A stretch of DNA of 64,000 nucleotides, taken from positions 195,754 through 259,753 of the forward strand of contig CBEUCJ010000001.1 in the NCBI GenBank assembly GCA_965541615.1, given 5' to 3'. Shown here one piece after another: positions 58,567 through 64,000 of this stretch. Within the stretch, counting starts at the first letter, position 1, and each line of letters begins with the position of its first letter. The notes under the pieces were generated by a model. The model had not been told where the DNA came from, searched no databases, and saw nothing but the letters and a program-made list of their open reading frames with translations. The translations under genes and the position numbers were made by a program. This DNA comes from an uncultured bacterium (GTDB taxonomy: Bacteria > Omnitrophota > Gorgyraeia > Duberdicusellales > CBEUCJ01).

Positions 58567-59649
58567 ATGGACATAATAGATTTATTTCACAAAATGGCAG
58601 AGTTAGATGCTTCAGATTTATTTTTAAGAATAAATTCTCCTCCTAAGATGAGAGTATATTCAGAAGTGGTAGACGTAGGTGATAAAAAGATAACTAAAGA
58701 TGAAATGTATGAGTTGGTAAATCAGATAACAAATGAAGAGAAAAGAAAAACTCTATTTGAACAAAAAGGAGTAGATTTTGCTATCTATATTCAAAATTTG
58801 GGAAGATTTAGAGTCAGCTTATTTATTCAGAGAAATACGCCTGCTTTAGTAGTTAGAAGAGTAAAAGAAAAAATATTTAATTTTGAAGAGTTGAATTTAC
58901 CTTCAGAAGTTTTGAAAAAATTATGTAAAGAGAAAAGAGGTTTAATTTTAGTTACAGGAGCTACAGGTTCAGGAAAATCTACCACCATTGCTAGTATGAT
59001 AAACTATATAAATAGTTTTAGAAAATGTCATATTTTAACTTTAGAAGAGCCTATAGAATTTATATTTAAAGATGACCAAGCTATTATAAACCAGAGAGAG
59101 ATAGGTTTAGATGTTAAAGATTACAAAAGTGCTTTAAGACAATTTGCTCTCCAGAGCCCTGATGTAATTTACATAGCTAACATAAGAGATACAGAGACCA
59201 TGTCTGCAGCTTTGACTGCTGCTGAGACAGGAGTTTTAGTTTTTTCTACACTCCATACAATTAATGCTTACCAGACTGTACAGAGGATAATTAACTTTTT
59301 CCCTCCCTATCAGCACAATCAAGTTCTTTTGCAACTTTCACTCTTATTAAAAGGAGTAATTTCTTTGAGATTAATAAAAAGAGCAGATACTCAAGGTATG
59401 ATTCCAGCTTACGAGATTATGACTTTGAGTCCAACTATCTCTAGACTTTTAAGAGAAGCAAAGATTTGGGAAATCCCTAGATACATAGAAGAAGGAGATA
59501 TTTATGGAATGATAAGCTTTAAAAAGTGTCTGATAAGATTAGTAAGAGAAGGAAAAATTACCCCTCAATCAGCCTTAGAATATGCAGATAGTAAAGAAGA
59601 TATGCGAATAGAGTTAAAAAATATATTAAATATAGATGTAGAAAGATGA
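58567..59649 (+). CDS. PilT/PilU-family ATPase with degenerate Walker B
   Basis: ASDL, GRFRV, GATGSGKST, QREIG, AAETG, STLHT; Walker B reads IYIANIRD. Confidence 0.85.
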   Translation: MDIIDLFHKMAELDASDLFLRINSPPKMRVYSEVVDVGDKKITKDEMYELVNQITNEEKRKTLFEQKGVDFAIYIQNLGRFRVSLFIQRNTPALVVRRVKEKIFNFEELNLPSEVLKKLCKEKRGLILVTGATGSGKSTTIASMINYINSFRKCHILTLEEPIEFIFKDDQAIINQREIGLDVKDYKSALRQFALQSPDVIYIANIRDTETMSAALTAAETGVLVFSTLHTINAYQTVQRIINFFPPYQHNQVLLQLSLLLKGVISLRLIKRADTQGMIPAYEIMTLSPTISRLLREAKIWEIPRYIEEGDIYGMISFKKCLIRLVREGKITPQSALEYADSKEDMRIELKNILNIDVER

Positions 59650-60743
59650 AAGCTCAGATTTTAGAAAAGATAAAAGAATTAGAAAAGTTATTTAATGATT
59701 TAAGAAAGGTTATAGATGAATCTCTTTTAAAAGAAAAAATAAATTCTATTCAAAATGAGATGGCAAGAGAGAACTTCTGGGAAAATCAAAAAACAGCCAA
59801 TAAGAAGATTAAAGAACTGAAAAGAGCAAAATCTTTATTAGAACCCTTTAATGAAATTAAAAGAGGTTTGGAAGATAATAAAGAATTTGTGAATTTAGTT
59901 TCAGAAGATGATATTCAATTTTTGACTCAAATAGAAAAGGAGCTAACATCTCTTTTAAAAAAAGCTAAAAACTTAAAATTAGAGGTCCTTCTTGATGGAG
60001 AGTATGACCAAAATAATGCTATTTTGAGTATAAATTCAGGAGCAGGAGGTATAGATGCTTGTGATTGGGCTCAAATTTTGTTGAGGATGTATACAAGATG
60101 GGCTGAAGACAAAAACTATGAAGTTAAGACTTTAGATATTTTGTATGAACCAGAAGCAGGCATTAAAAATGCAGTCCTTTACATAAAAGGACTTTATGCT
60201 TATGGATTTTTAAAATCTGAAACAGGAGTCCATAGATTGGTGAGGATTTCTCCTTTTGATGCTAATAAAAGAAGGCACACCTCTTTTGCTTCAGTGGAAG
60301 TCATACCCGAAATAGAAAAAGATATAGATATTCAAATTAGAGAAGAAGATTTAAAGATAGAGACTTTTAGAAGTTCAGGACCTGGTGGCCAACACGTTAA
60401 TGTTACAGATTCTGCAGTAAGGATTACTCACATCCCTACTCAGATCACAGTGACTTGCCAAAATGAACGTTCTCAATATCAAAATAAACAGATGGCTTTA
60501 AAAATTTTAAAGGCTAAGTTATTTGAATTAGAACAAAAAAAGATTAAAGAAAAAATAGAAAGCATAAAACCTCAAAAGATGAAGATAGAATGGGGTTCAC
60601 AGATTCGTTCTTATATTTTGCATCCCTACACTTTAGTAAAAGACCATAGGACAAATTTTGAGACTCCAAAAGTGGAAGAAGTTTTAGATGGAAAAATAGA
60701 TGATTTTATAGAAGCTTATCTATTAAAATCCAAGAATGCTTAA
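59646..60743 (+). CDS. prfB: Peptide chain release factor 2 (no programmed frameshift)
   Basis: SPF and GGQ motifs; continuous 365-aa ORF. Confidence 0.93.
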   Translation: MKAQILEKIKELEKLFNDLRKVIDESLLKEKINSIQNEMARENFWENQKTANKKIKELKRAKSLLEPFNEIKRGLEDNKEFVNLVSEDDIQFLTQIEKELTSLLKKAKNLKLEVLLDGEYDQNNAILSINSGAGGIDACDWAQILLRMYTRWAEDKNYEVKTLDILYEPEAGIKNAVLYIKGLYAYGFLKSETGVHRLVRISPFDANKRRHTSFASVEVIPEIEKDIDIQIREEDLKIETFRSSGPGGQHVNVTDSAVRITHIPTQITVTCQNERSQYQNKQMALKILKAKLFELEQKKIKEKIESIKPQKMKIEWGSQIRSYILHPYTLVKDHRTNFETPKVEEVLDGKIDDFIEAYLLKSKNA

Positions 60744-63627
60744 AAATATAATTTTAAAAATTACACAAAGAAAAATAGATAGGTTATCACCTAAAGTAAA
60801 TATAAAACTCAATAAAGAGATACCTATACCCTGTTGTTTAGAGATTAAAAAATTAGCTCCTTTAGTAAGTTATATTAATAGTCTAGAAGAAAAGTTTTCT
60901 AAACTTTCAGATTCAGAGTTAAAGGAATACACATTCAAGTTCAAAAAATTAATAGAAGATGAGAGAAAAAAATACCCTCCTCATCTTACAAAAGAAGAGA
61001 TCTTTAAAGAAGATCAAAAAATATTAGAAAAGATTCTGCCTGAATGCTTTGCTTTAGTGAGAGAAGCAGCCAAAAGGACCATAAAGATGAGACATTTTGA
61101 TGTTCAGATTTTAGGAGGTATAGTCTTACATCAAGGCAAAATAGCAGAGATGGCTACAGGTGAAGGAAAGACTCTTGTAGCTACATTACCTGCTTTTTTG
61201 AATGCTTTATCAGGTTTTGGAGTCCATATTGTGACTGTAAATGATTATTTAGCAAAGCGTGATAGAGAATGGATGGGACCAATCTATGAGTTTTTAGGTT
61301 TAAAGGTAGGAGTAATATACCATGGAATGAGTCATTATGAAAGAAAAAAAGCTTACCAGGCTGATATTACTTATGGAACTAACAATGAATTTGGATTTGA
61401 TTATTTAAGAGATAATATGGTAACTGATCTTTCTGAATGTGTACAAAGAGGTCATTTTTATGCTATAGTAGATGAAGTAGATTCTATATTAATAGATGAA
61501 GCCAGAACTCCTCTAATAATCTCAGGTCCTGCAGAGGAGTCTACACAAAAATATTACATTGCTGATAAAATAGCACGCAAGTTAAAAGGAAGAAAAATAT
61601 TAGAAAAGGATGAAGTAGAAGCAAAGTATAAAGGCATAGATTTAGAAAAAGGTGTTGACTACATATTTGATGAGAAGACTCAAAATGTGAGTCTTACTGA
61701 GGAAGGTATAAAAAAGTGTGAAGAGTACTTGGGAATAGATCTTTTTAAAGATTTAGAAAACCAATGGGTCCATCATATAATTCAAGCTATAAGAGCACAT
61801 GAAGCTTTTAAGAGAGATAGAGATTATATAGTTAAAGATGGGAAAGTAATAATTGTAGATGAATTCACAGGTAGATTGATGCCAGGAAGAAGGTGGTCAG
61901 ATGGTTTGCATCAAGCAATTGAGGCAAAAGAAGGTTTAAAGATAGAGAGAGAAAATCAAACTTTAGCTACAATTACTCTGCAGAATTATTTTAAAATGTA
62001 TCAGAAATTAGCAGGTATGACAGGAACAGCTTACACAGAAGCTAATGAATTTAAACAGATTTATAATTTAGATGTGGTAGTCATTCCTACAAACAAACCT
62101 TTAAGACGTACTAATTTTCCTGATGTTATATACAAGACCGAAAAAGAAAAATTTCAAGCAGTAGTTAATGAAATTCAAGAGTTATACAAAATAGGAAGAC
62201 CTGTTTTAGTAGGGACTACTTCTATTGAGAAATCTGAAAGGCTAAGTGAGATGTTAAAAAAGTTAAAGATACCTCATCAAGTTTTAAATGCAAAGTACCA
62301 TGAAAAAGAAGCTTACATTGTAGCTCAGGCTGGAAGATATAAAGCTGTTACCATAGCTACTAATATGGCTGGGCGTGGTACAGATATTTTATTAGGAGGG
62401 AATCCTGAGTATTTAGCTAAATGGGAATTATTGCAAAAAGGTTTAAAGCCTCACACTCCTGAATTTGAGGCTGAATACAAAGTTTTATATGAAAAGTATA
62501 AACAGATAACAGATGCTGAACACAAAAAAGTAGTGGAATTAGGAGGTCTACATGTAATAGGTACAGAGCGTCACGAAGCAAGGCGTATAGATAATCAGTT
62601 GAGAGGAAGAGCTGGTCGCCAAGGAGATCCAGGATCTTCCAGATTTTATGTTTCTTTAGAAGATGATTTAATGAGATTATTCGCTTCAGATAGAATCATG
62701 TTTATTATGGATAAATTAGGTTGGCGAGAAGGTGAGAGATTAGAATCTCCTCTTTTGACTAAATCCATAGAGATAGCTCAAAAAAGGGTAGAGAACTATA
62801 ATTTTGATATAAGAAAACAACTCTTAGAATTTGACAATGTGATGAACAGGCAAAGAGAAGTAATTTATAAGAAAAGAAGAAAAGTTCTAGAAGCAGAAAA
62901 TCTGAAACCAGAGATTTTAGAGATCTTAAAAGATGTGATTGAAGAGAAAGTAGATCTTTTTTGCCCTCCTAAATCTACTATAGATGAATATGATTTGAAA
63001 TCTTTACTGATTTGGGCCAGTTTCAATTTAGGAATAAAAGTCAGTTTAGAAGAGCTTGTAAATAAGAATAATTCTGAGATAAAAGAAATTTTATTTAAAA
63101 AAGCTTTGGCTTTTTATGAAGAGAAAGAGAAAAGGTTAGGTCCTGAAATGAGAAAGATTGAAAAGATGATTTATTTATATGCTATAGATTCAAAATGGAA
63201 AGATCACTTATATGGTATAGATTATCTAAAAGAAGGAATTTTTCTAAGAAGTTATGGACACAGAGACCCTTTAGTGGAATTTCAGTATGAAGCTTTTAAA
63301 AGTTTTGAAGAGATGTTAAAAAGAATAGAAGAAAGTTTAATTGAGAATATTTTTAGATTTGAACCTCCTGAAGAATCTAAATTAGTAAGCGTGTTTGAGA
63401 CTCTGCCTCAAGATTTTGTTCATCAAGAGTTTCAGAGTTTTAAAGCAAAAAAAGCAGATTCTGAATCTGCTCAAGATTTAAAAAAACTTTCAGAAAAAAA
63501 GACTCTCAAAGTGATAGTTAGAGAAGGTACTTACAAGAGAGAAGGCAAAAAAATAGGTAGGAATGACCCTTGTCCTTGTGGAAGCGGAAAAAAATACAAA
63601 AAGTGCTGTTATCCAAAGTATGGATAA
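60736..63627 (+). CDS. secA: Preprotein translocase SecA
   Basis: [21 protein letters not shown]-terminal [13 protein letters not shown]. Confidence 0.96.
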   Translation: MLKNIILKITQRKIDRLSPKVNIKLNKEIPIPCCLEIKKLAPLVSYINSLEEKFSKLSDSELKEYTFKFKKLIEDERKKYPPHLTKEEIFKEDQKILEKILPECFALVREAAKRTIKMRHFDVQILGGIVLHQGKIAEMATGEGKTLVATLPAFLNALSGFGVHIVTVNDYLAKRDREWMGPIYEFLGLKVGVIYHGMSHYERKKAYQADITYGTNNEFGFDYLRDNMVTDLSECVQRGHFYAIVDEVDSILIDEARTPLIISGPAEESTQKYYIADKIARKLKGRKILEKDEVEAKYKGIDLEKGVDYIFDEKTQNVSLTEEGIKKCEEYLGIDLFKDLENQWVHHIIQAIRAHEAFKRDRDYIVKDGKVIIVDEFTGRLMPGRRWSDGLHQAIEAKEGLKIERENQTLATITLQNYFKMYQKLAGMTGTAYTEANEFKQIYNLDVVVIPTNKPLRRTNFPDVIYKTEKEKFQAVVNEIQELYKIGRPVLVGTTSIEKSERLSEMLKKLKIPHQVLNAKYHEKEAYIVAQAGRYKAVTIATNMAGRGTDILLGGNPEYLAKWELLQKGLKPHTPEFEAEYKVLYEKYKQITDAEHKKVVELGGLHVIGTERHEARRIDNQLRGRAGRQGDPGSSRFYVSLEDDLMRLFASDRIMFIMDKLGWREGERLESPLLTKSIEIAQKRVENYNFDIRKQLLEFDNVMNRQREVIYKKRRKVLEAENLKPEILEILKDVIEEKVDLFCPPKSTIDEYDLKSLLIWASFNLGIKVSLEELVNKNNSEIKEILFKKALAFYEEKEKRLGPEMRKIEKMIYLYAIDSKWKDHLYGIDYLKEGIFLRSYGHRDPLVEFQYEAFKSFEEMLKRIEESLIENIFRFEPPEESKLVSVFETLPQDFVHQEFQSFKAKKADSESAQDLKKLSEKKTLKVIVREGTYKREGKKIGRNDPCPCGSGKKYKKCCYPKYG

Positions 63628-64000
63628 ATTTTTTATTAAGCATTTGCTGTTTGGCCCTACCTTTTCTAAATGAGAATTTCTTTTTTCTAATCTGGTTTGG
63701 ATTCTGTCCTTTCTTTTTTTATTTAGATAAAAATAAGAGATTTCCTTTTTTAAAAGGTTTTTTCTTAGGATTAATTTTCTTTTTGGTTAGTATTTATTGG
63801 TTAAAGAATGTAACTTATTTAGGATGGATTCTTTTAAGTTTGTATTGTGCAATTTACTTTGGAATCTTTTTTTATTTTTTTGCTAAGTATAAATTAAATA
63901 ATATCAAAGATTGTTTGTTTTATTCTTCTTTATGGGTAATTTTAGAATTTATAAGAGCAAATTTTCTAGGAGGATTCAGCTGGAATATGCTTTATAATTC
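63603..64000 (+). CDS. lnt: Apolipoprotein N-acyltransferase, 5' partial
   Basis: Manual translation from GTG 63603: ...LIWFGFCPF...IYWL...[17 protein letters not shown], open to the window end. Confidence 0.75.
   Translation, partial: MLLSKVWINFLLSICCLALPFLNENFFFLIWFGFCPFFFYLDKNKRFPFLKGFFLGLIFFLVSIYWLKNVTYLGWILLSLYCAIYFGIFFYFFAKYKLNNIKDCLFYSSLWVILEFIRANFLGGFSWNMLYN

Noticed and set aside
63620-63673. ATG at 63620 as the lnt start, implying a frameshift
   Set aside because: That frame closes after 17 codons; GTG at 63603 gives an uninterrupted Lnt frame

Overview
AT-rich, gene-dense chromosome segment from a diderm bacterium. The pilin sequence and the leuS-comEA-comEC-bamD-lptE-holA-rpsT-murJ order suggest a PVC-group organism such as Ca. 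Omnitrophota (inference, not verified). (1) 1-4.6 kb: two tandem HemN-like radical SAM genes on the minus strand, one missed by the ORF track. They are divergent from a 73-aa peptide ending ...AFACY, a membrane protein and a protein with a transglutaminase-like C-terminus. (2) 4.6-27.7 kb: a surface-glycan locus (GT9, 2x GT4, FAD oxidoreductase, Wzm/Wzt, frameshifted GT2, GT-C) with eight radical SAM domains in four genes, including two triple fusions. Its Wzt carries four copies of an unrecognised ~220-aa domain, and a fifth copy is fused to the adjacent B12 radical SAM enzyme. (3) 27.7-39.1 kb: a directly coupled type IV pilus locus (stand-alone MshEN, 2x PilB, PilC, pilin, TMTC-like GT-C/TPR protein, PilMNOPQ). 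(4) 39-47 kb: acyl-CoA ligase, MMPL, LolA-like and outer-membrane barrel module, plus omptin and GDSL esterase. (5) 47-64 kb: housekeeping genes, tRNA-Leu, tRNA-Ala, a PilT paralog with a degenerate Walker B, frameshift-free prfB, secA and partial lnt. The best candidate for an undescribed system is the multi-radical-SAM glycan-tailoring and export locus. The divergent HemN-pair/peptide cassette is second.
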